Below, in pieces: positions 18,032 through 29,899 of a stretch of 64,000 nt of DNA; positions within the stretch are counted from its first letter, which is position 1; every line of letters starts with the position of its first letter. A program made the position numbers and the translations under genes. The notes under the pieces are model-generated. The model ran no database searches. It had not been told where the DNA came from and saw nothing but the letters and a program-made list of their open reading frames with translations. The DNA comes from an uncultured Armatimonadia bacterium (GTDB lineage Bacteria > Armatimonadota > Zipacnadia > CAVVLO01), in assembly GCA_963749155.1 (NCBI GenBank), contig CAVVLO010000003.1, forward strand, positions 32,001-96,000, written 5' to 3'.

Positions 18032-20884
18032 TCGGTCCTCTCCTTCCCCGCTTCCAGGACTCGGTCGACCAGCCCTCCGGGCTTGCACGGGCCGCTGGCA
18101 TCCTGCCCGGCCAAGGCCGCGGGCAACGCCCACAGCATCATATCCTGATAGTAGTCGTTGCCGAACACCCGCTCGCCGGTGTCCACATCTCCTCGCATTA
18201 TATTGGGCATATCCCAGGTATAGCCCTGCAGGCAGATGAGGTTGTCCCAGCTCTTGCGCGCCAGTTCGAGGCCAAAGTCGCGCTCTCCAGCGTACATATA
18301 GGTCATCGCCAGCATCAGCAGCTCGGGTGGGAAGTAGCTGAAGGCTCCGTATCCGCCAGGATTGGCGACCGACCCATCAGGATTGGCGTAGTTGACGGCA
18401 CCATGGCGCGAGATGGTCACGTTGCAGCGCTTGATAGTCTCAAGCGTCTGCTTGATACGGTGCTCCGGCAGCGTTGCCGGCAAGCCGTGGAAGGCACTGA
18501 TCCACTCCCCGTCCAGTTGGTAACCGAAGACGAAGTCCGAGCGTTGGCCGGTCTCTGGCTCGAAGTAGTTGAGGTAATAGCCGCGGTCATCCCACAGGCG
18601 CTCTTCCATCGCCCTCTGAGCTTCGGCGATCCACTCGGTCACCTGCCGCTCGAACTCCGCATCACCGACCTCGCGAGCCATCCGCTGGACAATGCGCAGC
18701 TCCGCCAGGTGCAGGTCGCCGATATGGGCCGTCATCCCCGCCCAGCCAGGCTCGGGCGCCTCGAACCACTCTGTCCCGACATTGCCATCGGGCATCGAGA
18801 TGATACGCTCGCCGACGCTGTAGCTCGGGGTCGTGCGCAATTCAACCGTATGGCAGACACTCGCCTTCATCATCGGGTACAGCTCGCGCGTAAGGGTCTT
18901 GTCCGCGTCATCGCAGCACAGCAGAAAGCGGTCCACGATACCGGCCAGGCTTATACCGTTACTTGCGAACTGGTAGCCGCGAGTCGGGCAGGCGAAGTCG
19001 ATGGGTGGCGTCTGACCTGTGCAGCCACCGAAGATCCACGGCGGGGCGCCGTCCGGAAGCTGATAACCCTGGTAGCCGCGGATTGTAGAAAGCTGCAGCT
19101 CAGGGAAAAAGTATGCGAGCGGCAGGCTGCCGTAGAAGCTGCAGGGGATGCACTCAATCTGCGGGCAACCGCGAGGGCACTCGTTGAGCCCGAACAAGCC
19201 GTCTTCTTCCCTCACCCAGTCGGGCAGCGGTTCCGCTTTCTGGGCCCAGTAGCCATCCTCGGTGATCATATACAGCACATTTATCAGCGAGTCTCGCAGC
19301 CAGCCGGGCAGGTTCTCGTCCGTGTAAACAGCCTGCTGCCAGGCGGCAACCCGGTGGAAGAGGCGCTCCCGACGGCTGGCCAGCATATGAGCGGTGACCG
19401 CTGCGTCGGGGTAGTAGCGCGAGTACATATGGGTGAAGGTGTTGCCCAGCGGCGAGGCGTTGTAGCCGCCTCCCCTCCACGTCGGGGCCGACCAGGTCAG
19501 CAGGAAGGGGACTACTCGTTCCTCTCCCGGCGCCAGGTCGAAGTCTACGGCGAGGGTAGCGCTGGCGTCGTCGTCGCGTGGCTCGGGCAGGCGGTCAGCG
19601 ATGCCTTCCCAGGCCTTGCGGGAGGTCTTAAGCCCGCCGCCAACGCGCACCAGCGGCTCTCTCGCAACGCTCAGGGTGTAGGAGGCCAGCTTGCCCGTCA
19701 CTTCGACGCCATGCACGCCACCCGAAAGCGGCTTGCGAGCGAAGTGGTCGGTGCCAGCTTCAGCCTGAGTTGGCCCGGGGAAGGTCATCACGACCGTGCC
19801 GGAGTGCGGCTTGTTGTCGGGGTTGGCAAGTTGCACCTCGAAGGCCGCCCCCGGCAGCATCGACTCCTCGACCTCGCCTGGGATAAAGGGCGACCAGGCG
19901 CGCAGGCCGACCTGGATGGGCGCCGAGGTCTGGAACTCCATATCGGCGACCGGATAGTGGCCCCAGTAGGTGATCTCGTCGGCCTGCTGCAGCTTGCTAC
20001 CGGCGTTGAACAACCCTCCCAGTGTGGCCTCGCGACTGATGGAGTCATACGTCCAGACGCCGTTTGGGTTAGCCTCATCGCTCCAGTCGGCGGCCAGATC
20101 CCAGATCTGCCCTCCGAGAGAAAGCTTCATATCGACGCCGACATAATCGCCAAAGGCGCCGGCAGGGGTAAGGAGCAACTCCAGCGTGTCGCCCTCGGTC
20201 ACCTGCATGGTTAGAGCGGCCTCTCCCCGGCTCCCGGATGCCAGGGAAAGAGGCTGGGACGAGGTTGGCCCAGCTTCCAGGCGCCCTCCGGTGAGGGGCT
20301 CGCCCGACTTGCGGAGCTCCCAGAGCTGCGGCCTGTCTACGTCACGTGGAAGCCAGAGGCCGCCCTCGAGAGTGAGTTCGCCGTCCGCTGGACTGGTCCA
20401 CCGCAGCACCGCCGGACTGTGGCAGGCGACACGCCCCTCAGGCACATCGAAGGGGAAGTCGCCAACACTTTTGAGCCAGGCCGGCAGCGAAACAGGCCCA
20501 GGCGCCCAAAGGCGCTGATGAGGGCCAAGCGTAGGTTCGAGGTCCCAATGTTCAAGCGACACCAACCCCGTGGCGGCAGCAGGCCGGGGCCTGCACAGCA
20601 CCCAGGTCTTCCCCTCGACTGCAAGCCCAAGGTAAGGCAGCCCGAGCGGTCCGCGGCGCGGCACGTGGCTGTTGAAAAGCGTGCAATAACCGAGCAGCCC
20701 ATCGGTCTCGAGGTCGAGGCAGACCGGTATCCACGCCGCCAACAGGCATCCCGTTGGTGACGAGGTCGGCGGTGCGATAAAGCACTCCCCACACAGGGGC
20801 GGAGTAGCCCTCCGCCTCGAACTGGCGCCACTGCCGCGAGGGCAGACCAGACGGGAATAACGACTTGGTAGTGGCATCGCTCAT
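18028..20884 (-). CDS. GH116-like (GBA2-type) glycoside hydrolase; frameshift near 20725
   Basis: N-terminus MSDATT...GMPVGGVDTG in one frame joins CLDLETDG; YWGHYPVAD, AWSPFIPG, YQLDGEW and terminal YYQDMMLW motifs. Confidence 0.8.
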
Positions 20885-21165
20885 AGCGATTCCCCCCATC
20901 AGGGCAAACAGTAGTCGAAGCCCGGCCAGGGGTCTGGTCGCCATCCCACCACCTCCAAAGGCTCAGTGCCTGCCTCACTGGTGATCGTCCAACCTCAATC
21001 AGGCCAGGCCATACCCCCGCGCTGTCTTTCGCCACACCTGGTTGAATTCCTATCGACCAGTGGTGGGTAACTGGGTTTGGGTCTTTCAAGACTACCGCCT
21101 GCAAGAAAACTTCAGCCACGCGACTGTAAACGTTGCTTATACTTGGTCTTGCTGGAGCCTCGGTA

Positions 21166-21229
21166 TTGGGTTTCTTGTACCGTTTTAACTCCAGGTGGGG
21201 GGGGATTGGGAGGGGATTTCGGATTTTTT
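21166..21229 (+). repeat. Diverged copy D of the G-tract intergenic element
   Basis: TTGGGTTTCTTGT...AACTCCAGGTGGGGGGGGATTGGGAGGGGATTT aligns with copies A-C but has lost TGGCACG; followed by CAAGGG-N16-CGAA at 21245..21270. Confidence 0.6.
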
Positions 21230-21310
21230 CGACAGTGCTTGCGGCAAGGGAAAGGAGCCTGTACCCCGAAGGTAACCTGTACCCGGACACATCCTGAAGG
21301 AGGGTCCTCT

Positions 21311-23509
21311 GTGAAGCCGCTTTGCGCGCTGTGCTGTTGCCTGCTGTTGGTGGCCTGCCTTCCGGCGCTTGGCCAGCAAACGCCGGTGGTGTATGGCCCG
21401 CCGGTTGAGACGGTCGTGCTGGAGGACTTTGGGCCTGATTCCGCGTCGCTTTGGACCTCTCGTGCGGGCGCCAATGTGGATTACTCCCTCTCCCAGGTTG
21501 TAGGATTGCCTGGGGCAACTGAGGGCACCTTGCAGGCAAGCTTTACCGCAAGAGAAGCTGCGGACCGCGAACCTTCGCGCAACTGGTTTGCCCTCGAACG
21601 CACGGGGCTAAGCATGCAGTTGCCGCCTCTACCTCCGGCTTCTACGTGCGTCTTGGCGCTGCGGAATCGGCCCAGTGGTGGGTCTCTCTGGCTATCACAC
21701 TTGAAGGAGGAGCCACCTACTCGTCCGTGATTGCCGACCAGCCTTTGCCAGCAGGCCGTATCGTGCGGTTTGCCGTGCCACTTGACACCCTCAAGAACGC
21801 CGAGGGAAAGGCCCTGTCAGCCGACCAGCTTGGTTTGCTATCAACCCTCTCAATCGCCACCAGTATCGCCGGGCCGGCCTTCTACCTCGATCGGATCAGC
21901 GCATATGAGACCCCCAGACTTGCTTCCTGGCTCGAGTTTTCAACTTCCAGACCGACCAACTGCTTTGAGCGAGGAGAGGTTGTAGACTTCACTTTGACTC
22001 CAGCAGGCCAGCTAGCCGAAGAGGCGGCTGCCGTGCTTTACGAGCTACGCGATTGGCGCGAGCAGCTTGTAGCTGAGGGAGCTTTCGGCCTGACCTTTCC
22101 AGGTCCGCGCACTATTACTCCTGGCCTGACTACCCCAGGTTATTACGAAGTCGAAGCCTGGTTTGCCGATGCCGCTGGCGAGGCGCTTACCGCTCAGTCC
22201 TCTATTCGCTCGGAAGGTTCTGTGCCAGCAGGCCTTGGCACTTTCGCAATAATGCCTTCAACGGTAGAGGAAAACCGCGCCCGATTTGCTGACTTTGGAG
22301 AGGACGCTTTCTTCGGCTTGCACGGCGATTTCCTGGGCCTCGGTGACCTGCTTGGGCTGTCCTGGCGGATGGGCTATTGGCATTGGAAGTATCGTGAGCC
22401 AGAGCGACCTGATCGTTCGACCGGCGCTGCTCCCTGGGCGATGGAGGCGCTTGCCGGCTCGCCTGAGCCGGCCTATCGCTTTCACTTCTTGCCCTTCGGA
22501 ATCAACCTGGGCAGCAACGTCCCCGACTGGGCGCTTGGCGAGCGATTCCGCAGCCCCTCGCTCTGCCAACTGGGAGGCTGTCGAGGCCTGGGTACGCGAC
22601 AACGTGAGGGTAGAACGCGCGCTTTATCCGCATATGCGCTCGCGTCTCTACGGGGCCGGTTGGGAGCTCAATCTCAATATGCCCCCCTTCAACGTACAAC
22701 AGCCTGAATATTCTGCAGACGAGGTGGTAGAACTCTATCGTCGAGTCCGGATTCTCGTTAAGCAGGAGGACCCCGAGGGCCTTATCATCGGCCCTTGCCC
22801 CAACGTAATCGACGTAGACTGGCTGGAGTCCTTATTCCAGGCAGGTCTACTCGACCAGCTTGATGGCATCGAGTTGCACGCCTACAACGAGGGCACTTTC
22901 ACCCCCGAGGAGAACCGCCTTCCGGAAAAACTGGCGAGGTTGCAAGAGTTGCTGGCCCAGTATGCGCCAGGCAGAGAGCTGCCCCTCTATGTCACCGAGC
23001 GCGGTGATGTTGGCGCCTTTGGCGCGGACCTGATTTACCGCGAACAGGCCGAGCTTGGCGTCAGGGCGGCGATTATTCTGAAGGGAGAGGGCGTAAAAGT
23101 CTTCCTGCCTTTCTACGGAGTGGATTATGACCGCGGTTGTTACGGTTTCTGCTTCAACCTGGAGCTGGACCCTCCAGGCCCCTGGGGCACCCAGCGTATA
23201 AGCCCCAAGCCACTTGCGAGCGCAATGGCGGCCTCGGCCTGGTTACTTGAGGGAACCCATCCTGTGGGGCGTCTTGATGACCTGGGCGAAGGGGTTTGGG
23301 CGTACAGGTTCGTTGGCGAGGGGCGCGAGGTAATTGCACTGTGGGCGCCGGAGGGGGCCAAAGAGGTCCTGCTGCCGGTCGGCTCAGCCTCGGTGGTTAC
23401 CGTGTACGATTTGATGGGAGTGGCATCAACAATCAGTCCAGAAGCAGGCAAGGTGCGGTTGAGGATTGGGCCAGCGCCTTGCTATGGGGTGCTTGCAGAG
23501 GCCGAATAA
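21311..23509 (+). CDS. Secreted putative glycoside hydrolase (GH39/clan-A-like TIM barrel); frameshifts near 21625 and 22540
   Basis: GTG start after GGAGG; signal peptide; GWELN, KQEDPEGLIIGP, LDGIELHAY, LYVTERG and PKP motifs spread over three overlapping ORFs. Confidence 0.65.
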
Positions 23510-23578
23510 GGCTTTGCTGGGCAGGTAATCGGGTCGTGGCGGCCAATACGGAACCATCCGCTCTCAGGAGGAACTGCA

Positions 23579-25396
23579 ATGGCTGGCACACCTGACCGCC
23601 CAAATATCCTCTGGCTGACTTGCGAGGACATCGGCCCGCATCTGGGGTGTTTTGGCGACAGCTATTCCACCTCACCCAACCTGGACGCCCTGGCCGCGCG
23701 CGGTTGCTGCTATCGCACCTGCTGGTCAAACGCGCCCGTCTGCGCGCCGGCGCGTACCACCATAATCACCGGCGTATATGCGTGCTCAACTGGCTCGGAG
23801 CATATGCGCAGTATGCAGCCCCAACCTGCCGGCATCGCGATGTTCCCCGAGTTGCTGCGAGCCTCTGGTTATTATTGCAGCAACAACTCGAAGGAAGACT
23901 ACAACCTTACCCAGCCGCGCCAGGTCTGGGATGATTCTTCTACCGCCGGTCACTGGCGCAATCGGGGCGAAGGCCAGCCTTTCTTTGCGGTCTTCAACAA
24001 TGTGCGCACCCATGAGAGTCAGATTCGCACTCGCCCGCATGAGGCGCGTCACGACCCCGCCAAAGTGCGCGTGCCTGCCTACCATCCCGACACGCCCGAG
24101 GTACGTCAGGACTGGGCGCAATACTATGACATCATCACCGAGATGGACGTCTGGACCGGCGACCTGCTCGCTCAGCTCGAGGCTGACGGCCTGGCGGAAG
24201 ATACTATCGTCTTCTTCTACGGCGACCATGGCAGTGGGATGCCCCGCCACAAGCGCGCCTGCCAGGACTCTGGCCCTCACTGCCCGCTGATTGTGCATCT
24301 CCCCGAGAAGTGGCGCCACCTGGCTTCTGACGATTTCGAGGCCGGCGGAAGCACCGAGCGCCTGGTCAGCTTCGTTGACCTCGCGCCGACGGTGCTCTCA
24401 CTTGCCAACATCACTCCACCCGACTGGATGCAAGGCAGAGCTTTCCTCGGCGACTTCGAGGATCCGGAGCGCGACTATCTCTTCTCCTTCCGGGGCCGGA
24501 TGGATGAACGCTATGACCTGGTGCGCGGCGCCCGAGATCAGCGTTATGTGTATGTCCGCAACTTCAATCCGCATCTGCCCCTGGGCCAGCACGTAGACTA
24601 TATGTTCCAGACACCTACCACGCAGATCTGGCACGAGCTTTGGCGTCAGGGGAAGACAACTCCTGCGCAAAGCGCCTTCTGGGAGCCTCGCGCGCCCGAA
24701 GAACTGTACGATTTGGAAGCCGATCCTGATGAGACAGTCAACCTGGCGACCTCTCCGGAGCATGAAGCTACTCTGTCGCGACTGCGCGAAGCGGTGCGGA
24801 GATGGCAATTCGAGGTGCGCGATCCCGACCTGCTGCCCGAACCTGAGCTGCACAGCCTGCCAGGTGGGGCTACCCCTTATGATTATGGCCATGACCGGAC
24901 CGCTTATCCGCTGCCTGAGTTGCTCTCCCTTGCCGAACTAGCCTCGGGCCTTGCGGAGGAAGGGCTGCCGGTGCTGCGCGAGGCGCTCTTCTCGCCGGAG
25001 GAGGCTTTCCGCTATTGGGGCGCCCTTGGCCTGCTTATGCGCGGGCAAAGCGCGGTGGAGCAATATGCAGCAGAACTGCGCGAGAAGCTCTCCGACCCCG
25101 CCGCCAGCGTGCGCGTCGTGGCCGCTGAGGCCCTTTCCACCTGGGGCAGCGAGCACGACCTTCCCCACGCGCTCGGGGTACTTGGTGAAGTCGCTAATCC
25201 AGACCACGCCGGTCCGTGGGCTGCGCTTATGGCTCTCAACTCCCTCGACCGATTGGAAGACCGAGCAGCCGGCGCAAAAAATGCCCTTGCCGCACTTGGT
25301 ACGCAGGAAGACTGCCTGAAGACTCGCGAACTGTATCCAATTGCGACACTGGTTGCCAGGCTTCATCAAAAATTCGGCCTTGTGGAGACCAACTGA
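23579..25396 (+). CDS. Cys-type (formylglycine) sulfatase with C-terminal HEAT-like repeats
   Basis: RPNILWLTCED, CAPARTTIITG signature, FYGDHG, EELYDL..DP.E..NLA. Confidence 0.93.
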   Translation: MAGTPDRPNILWLTCEDIGPHLGCFGDSYSTSPNLDALAARGCCYRTCWSNAPVCAPARTTIITGVYACSTGSEHMRSMQPQPAGIAMFPELLRASGYYCSNNSKEDYNLTQPRQVWDDSSTAGHWRNRGEGQPFFAVFNNVRTHESQIRTRPHEARHDPAKVRVPAYHPDTPEVRQDWAQYYDIITEMDVWTGDLLAQLEADGLAEDTIVFFYGDHGSGMPRHKRACQDSGPHCPLIVHLPEKWRHLASDDFEAGGSTERLVSFVDLAPTVLSLANITPPDWMQGRAFLGDFEDPERDYLFSFRGRMDERYDLVRGARDQRYVYVRNFNPHLPLGQHVDYMFQTPTTQIWHELWRQGKTTPAQSAFWEPRAPEELYDLEADPDETVNLATSPEHEATLSRLREAVRRWQFEVRDPDLLPEPELHSLPGGATPYDYGHDRTAYPLPELLSLAELASGLAEEGLPVLREALFSPEEAFRYWGALGLLMRGQSAVEQYAAELREKLSDPAASVRVVAAEALSTWGSEHDLPHALGVLGEVANPDHAGPWAALMALNSLDRLEDRAAGAKNALAALGTQEDCLKTRELYPIATLVARLHQKFGLVETN

Positions 25397-27272
25397 CTTG
25401 CGAAGCATGCTGCCTGTTTGGACTGGTGTTATTAGTGGGTCTGCCAACTTCACAAGCAATCTGTGCCGAACTGCAACTCCCACCGGTTGCCAACGTCCTG
25501 GTGGACGATGTCTTCTGGCGGCCTCGACTGGATGTGCTGCGCGACAACGCCATCCCGAATTCGTGGAACTATATGGGCTGGAATCTCCGCTCGCTAAGCA
25601 AGGCGGCGGGGCTCCCCTACGAGGGCGACCTGAACGGCACCTGGGACGAGGCCAATCTCTACAAGTTCCTTGAGACTTGCGCTTACAGCCTGGCGCTCTT
25701 TCCGGACCCCGAACTGCAGGCGCGGGTGGATGAGATCGCCCACCTCCTCAAGGCCATCCAGCGCCCTGACGGGTTCGTCCACGTCTACATCATCAATGAG
25801 GGCAAGCTACCCTGGGATCCAGCCTTCCTCGGCGGCTCTCATGAGGGGTATGTGCTGGGTCACCTGATTGAGGCGGCGCTGGAGTATGAGGCCGCCACCG
25901 GCAGGCCGGAGTTGCTCGAAGTGGCACGAAAGGCGGCTGATCAAGCCTGGGAGAACTTCCTCGGCTCGAAGGGCACCCCTGGTTTTTGCGGCCATGCCGA
26001 GTTAGAGATGGCCTTGGTGGAGCTTTACAGGCGTCTTGGCGACCACAAGTACCTCGACCTCTCTCGGGCTTTCGTCGAGTGGCGCGGCCAGGGGCTTGGG
26101 CCAGGATATGGCGAGACGCCGCGCGAATACTTCCAGGACGGTGCTCCTGTGCGCAAGCAGCTTGCTCTGGAAGGTCACGCGGTGCGCGCGGTCTTCTTCG
26201 CAACTGGAGTCACTGATTTGGCGCTCGAGACCGGCGATCCGGATTATCGCCTGGCTGCCAACCGCTTCTGGGACAGCGCTACCCACAGGCGGATGTATGT
26301 CACCGGGAGCCTGGGCGCCCGGTCCGAGCACGAGGCCCTCGGTGAGGATTACGAGCTGCCCCTTGAGGGCTACACCGAGTCCTGCGCCGCCTGCGGGCTG
26401 GCCGATTTTGCCCAGCGGATGTTCTTGCTCGAGCGCCAGGCAGAGGCCGCCGATACCCTCGAGCGAGTCCTCTACAACGCCGTGTTGCACGGCATCGCGC
26501 TCGATGGCCTCTCGACCTACTACCGCAATCCCCTCTCTGACCACGATCATTTGCGCGACAACTGCTGGGTCTGCTGCCCGCCCAACCTGTCGCGGACCGT
26601 CTTCCAGATCGGCCGTTACGCCTATGCCTGCGGGCAACGCGAGGCCTGGATCAATCTGTATGTCGGAGGCGTGGCACGAGCTACCGCTGGCCGGTGGCGA
26701 ACTTCGGCTGCGCTGCGAAACGCGCTACCCCTGGGAGGGTAACGGTACGTTACACTGTCGAAGCGGCTCCCGCGTCCCCGATGTCGCTTCATCTGCGCAA
26801 GCCGGGTTGGTGCCGGGCCGCAACCCTCAGGCTGAAGGGCGAGACGCTGACCCCTCCACCTCTCTCGGAGTCCGGCTATTTTGTGCTGGACCGGGTCTTT
26901 GTGCCCGGCGATACGCTGGAACTCGAGCTAGTGATGCCCATCGAGAGGATAGAAGCGCATCCAGCCGTCGAGGCCTGCCGAGGGCGCGTCGCGCTGCAGC
27001 GAGGTCCTATCGTGTATGGGTTCGAGAGTGTAGACAACGGGACTGTCCCTGAACTTCCGGCCGATTTCAGCGCCGAGTCGCAGTTCGAAGAGGGATTGCT
27101 CGGGGGCGTCGTGACGCTGACAGGACCGCTTGCCGAGGGGGGAAGGTGGAAGGCCGTGCCCTTCTACACGCTGGCCAACCGCGGCCCCGCCTGGCAGGAG
27201 GTCTGGGTGCCCCAGCAGGGCTTCGCGCCTCGCTCCGACTGGTGGCACGGGCAGCTCTACCGCCCGCTCTGA
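25393..27272 (+). CDS. GH127 beta-L-arabinofuranosidase-like protein; frameshift near 26685; start uncertain
   Basis: HEGY..GHLIEAA, GHAELEMALVELY, GHAVRA, YTESCAA, CCPPN; C-terminal GRVALQRGPIVY and ANRG in the second frame. Confidence 0.85.
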
Positions 27273-27276
27273 CCCC

Positions 27277-28458
27277 TCAGGGCAGCCCAGGGCCGTAGCG
27301 GCGCTCGAGATACTCCACCATCAGCGGGTCCACGTGCGCCATCGGGGGCAGGGGTGGGGCTGTGAAAAGGCCACCCTTCAGTTCTGCAATCAGCTTCAGA
27401 TACTGGTATGGATCTCCCCAGGTGAGGGAGGGCTCGATGATGGTGGTCTCGGGCCATTCGTTGAAGCTCGTGACCATCAGAAAGTCCGCTCCGGCCTCCT
27501 CCGCCGCGCGCCAGAAGCCTCGGAGGGTTTCTCCGTCGCGCCTGGGCATCCGGTAGGGTTCGGGGTTCTGCCTGCTGTTGTCGTGTCCTGGATGCAGCGG
27601 CAGCATAACCTTGTGACCTGACGCGCGGACGGCGTCTGCATAGCCCCGGTAAAGCGGCGCGAGCCCTTCATAAGTATCAATCGGCCAGGTCGAGAACATC
27701 GCATAACCTGTGAAACAGTCCACCCCAGCCACCTCTGGCCAGCCCTCGGGCACATATAACTCCATCTGGCCAGGCGCGCTGCTGTGTCTGCAGAGCAGCC
27801 GGTCGAACATCCAGTAGACTGGCCCGACCTCGGCCTCGACGCGGTTGATAAGCTCAGCGCCTTGAGCCGGAGACAGCTTCCCTTCCCATAACTGATAGAC
27901 ATACCAAACGGGCTGGCCGTCGATATGCAGGTAAGCCGGGCTGTCCTTGAATTGCTTGAGCGCGTCGATCGTCCACTGCACGACGGCCTCGAAGTCGTCG
28001 ACGAACTGCGGGCACTCATCGAACAACGCGACCTTGAAGCCTTCCTCTTCGGCGACGGGCAGCACAGTGTTGATAAAGACATCACGCGTCCAACCGGCTG
28101 GCGTCTGCCATCCCGCAGGCCCCCACCAGTCCACCAGGAAGGCGTCGATGCCGGCGGCTTTCGCAAGCCGCATATGCCAGCGCGCGACCTCTTTGTCCAG
28201 GCTGTCGTAAGGGCCAATAAGCGGGTAGGCGGCTGAATGCAGGTCGCGCAGGGCAGGCGGCAGCGCCACATAATCAGGATCCAGCTTGCGCAGCCCCTGC
28301 TGGTCGGGCTTTGGCGTGAAGGCCCAGGGGCCGAAGTCTCCCTTCCCCCCCCACGGCGTACCATACCAGGTGTAGTAGACGGCGAAGACAGGTGGCGCGG
28401 CCTGAGCCAGGCATCCCATCAGCAATACTCCTGTCAGCAGAACAAGCACTAGCCTCAT
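27277..28458 (-). CDS. GH99/GH71-like glycoside hydrolase
   Basis: YYTWY, YPLIGPYDS, AGIDAFLVDWWG, PGHDN, TSFNEWPE...EP motifs; signal peptide. Confidence 0.8.
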   Translation of the reverse strand: MRLVLVLLTGVLLMGCLAQAAPPVFAVYYTWYGTPWGGKGDFGPWAFTPKPDQQGLRKLDPDYVALPPALRDLHSAAYPLIGPYDSLDKEVARWHMRLAKAAGIDAFLVDWWGPAGWQTPAGWTRDVFINTVLPVAEEEGFKVALFDECPQFVDDFEAVVQWTIDALKQFKDSPAYLHIDGQPVWYVYQLWEGKLSPAQGAELINRVEAEVGPVYWMFDRLLCRHSSAPGQMELYVPEGWPEVAGVDCFTGYAMFSTWPIDTYEGLAPLYRGYADAVRASGHKVMLPLHPGHDNSRQNPEPYRMPRRDGETLRGFWRAAEEAGADFLMVTSFNEWPETTIIEPSLTWGDPYQYLKLIAELKGGLFTAPPLPPMAHVDPLMVEYLERRYGPGLP

Positions 28459-28485
28459 CCTGGCCTCCCTGTTCCAGCTCACCGG

Positions 28486-29786
28486 TCATTCAGAAAGATT
28501 GGCGCTACTCTCCACCTGGCCTGTCCCTTCATTCTCAAGCCTCAGCCCGCCAGAGAAGCGCGTTCCGAGTATCACCGTACTTTTCGAAGCAGGCCCGAGT
28601 TTGATATGGGTAAAGGGAACTCGGTGAAGTCGCAACCGGTCAGGGTCAGCCCTCCCCCATCGCGCCAGATGGCCGGGGCGGACGGCTGCGAGTCCAGTTC
28701 GGGCGTCTTCCAGGGCCCCCAGGGGTAATAGAACTGGCAGCCGGTGAACACGAGCCGCCCTGGGCCCTTTGCCAGCACATACATCGCGCTCTGCCCCTCG
28801 GACTGAAGATACTCTTCGGCTTTAGTCCCCGCCGCGTAGAAGTTGCAGTTGTTGAAGTAGAGCGGCCCTGGATTGCCCGGCCCGACTACGACGCCCCCGT
28901 TGAGCATACAGTTGGTGAACTGAAGTCCGGCTTGCACCTGCACATAATCAACAAGTAAGGCAGTGGCACAGAAATCGGCCCCCGAGTTGGTCGCCAGCAG
29001 GTGCGGCGCGTCGTGACCGAGCGAGGTGCAGTGAAAGCCGACCTTATAGCCCAGGCAGAAGACGCCGTTTAGCATCTCCCAGTCAGTGCGCCCAAAGAGG
29101 AAGGCGGTGCCATTGGCGTGGGTCCACTTGATGAGTTCCTCGCTCCAGAAGGGCCAGAAGTGGATGTCCTCCAGCCGGCCGCAGTCCAGGCAGAAATCAA
29201 TCGCAAGCCCAAGCTTCAGGGGTTGCCCATAAAGCCCGCGTATGAGATGGCGCCCGCAGGGGTTGGTCATAAAGTCTACGCCTTTCCAGGGATTGACCAG
29301 CAGCGTATCCAGTATTGTCACATTGTCGCCCATCCCTCTCACACACCAGGGATAGGGGACAGGCTCAACTGTGTTCTGCTCCGGGTAGAAAACGGTCATT
29401 CCTTTCAGGCAGGCGTTGGGGTGCAGCATCAGGAAGGGCTCCCCTTCCTCGCTGCCCTTGCCTTCAACGGCCAGCAGCGTGCTGCCTGCCATCTGACTGC
29501 GCGCGGTAGGGCCGCGGAAGACGCCCTCGAGGGTGACGTTCTGGGGTACAACGAGGTGGCCCTTCACAAGATAGTTTCCAGTGGGGATAAATACGACACC
29601 CCCTCCAGCGGTCCCAGCAGCTTGGAGTGCCTGCTGAATAGGACTGGTGTTGTCAGTGGTAGCGTCTCCAACGGCGCCGAAATCGGTAATGGAGAAGACG
29701 CCAGGCTGGCCGGGTGATGGTTGTTGGGCCAACAGGGGGCAAGTCCAGGTCAGCAACGCAAGGGCGATGATCAGCAAGGTGCGCAT
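28486..29786 (-). CDS. Secreted Pectate_lyase_3-like beta-helix protein; frameshift near 28612
   Basis: DFGAVGDATTDNT..IQQAL..AG..GGGVVFIPTGNY; the C-terminus HIKLGPASKSTVILG...NLSE continues in another frame to 28486. Confidence 0.8.
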
Positions 29787-29844
29787 TGAACTCCTCCAGA
29801 ATCACACTTGCACGAAGTTCGCCTCTTGCTGGTTCTCTCCTGCC

Positions 29845-29875
29845 AAAGAAAAGCCCGGGGCCGAAGCCCCGGGCT
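29845..29875 (-). terminator. Intrinsic terminator of the SLH-porin genes
   Basis: AGCCCGGGGC-N4-GCCCCGGGCT followed by TTTTCTTT on the minus strand. Confidence 0.85.
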
Positions 29876-29899
29876 CGATGGTACAGGTTGGTTGTAGCT

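Noticed and set aside
18403..20214. 603-aa plus-strand ORF
   Set aside because: Antisense shadow of the GH116-like gene, expected from high GC3; no recognisable motifs.
20337..21539. 400-aa minus-strand ORF across the divergent intergenic region
   Set aside because: Low-complexity Pro/Arg-rich translation overlapping two better-supported genes and their promoters.
23521..23547. Additional sigmaH-like promoter GCAGGT-N16-CCAAT before the sulfatase
   Set aside because: Both boxes deviate from the motif; plausible but not counted.
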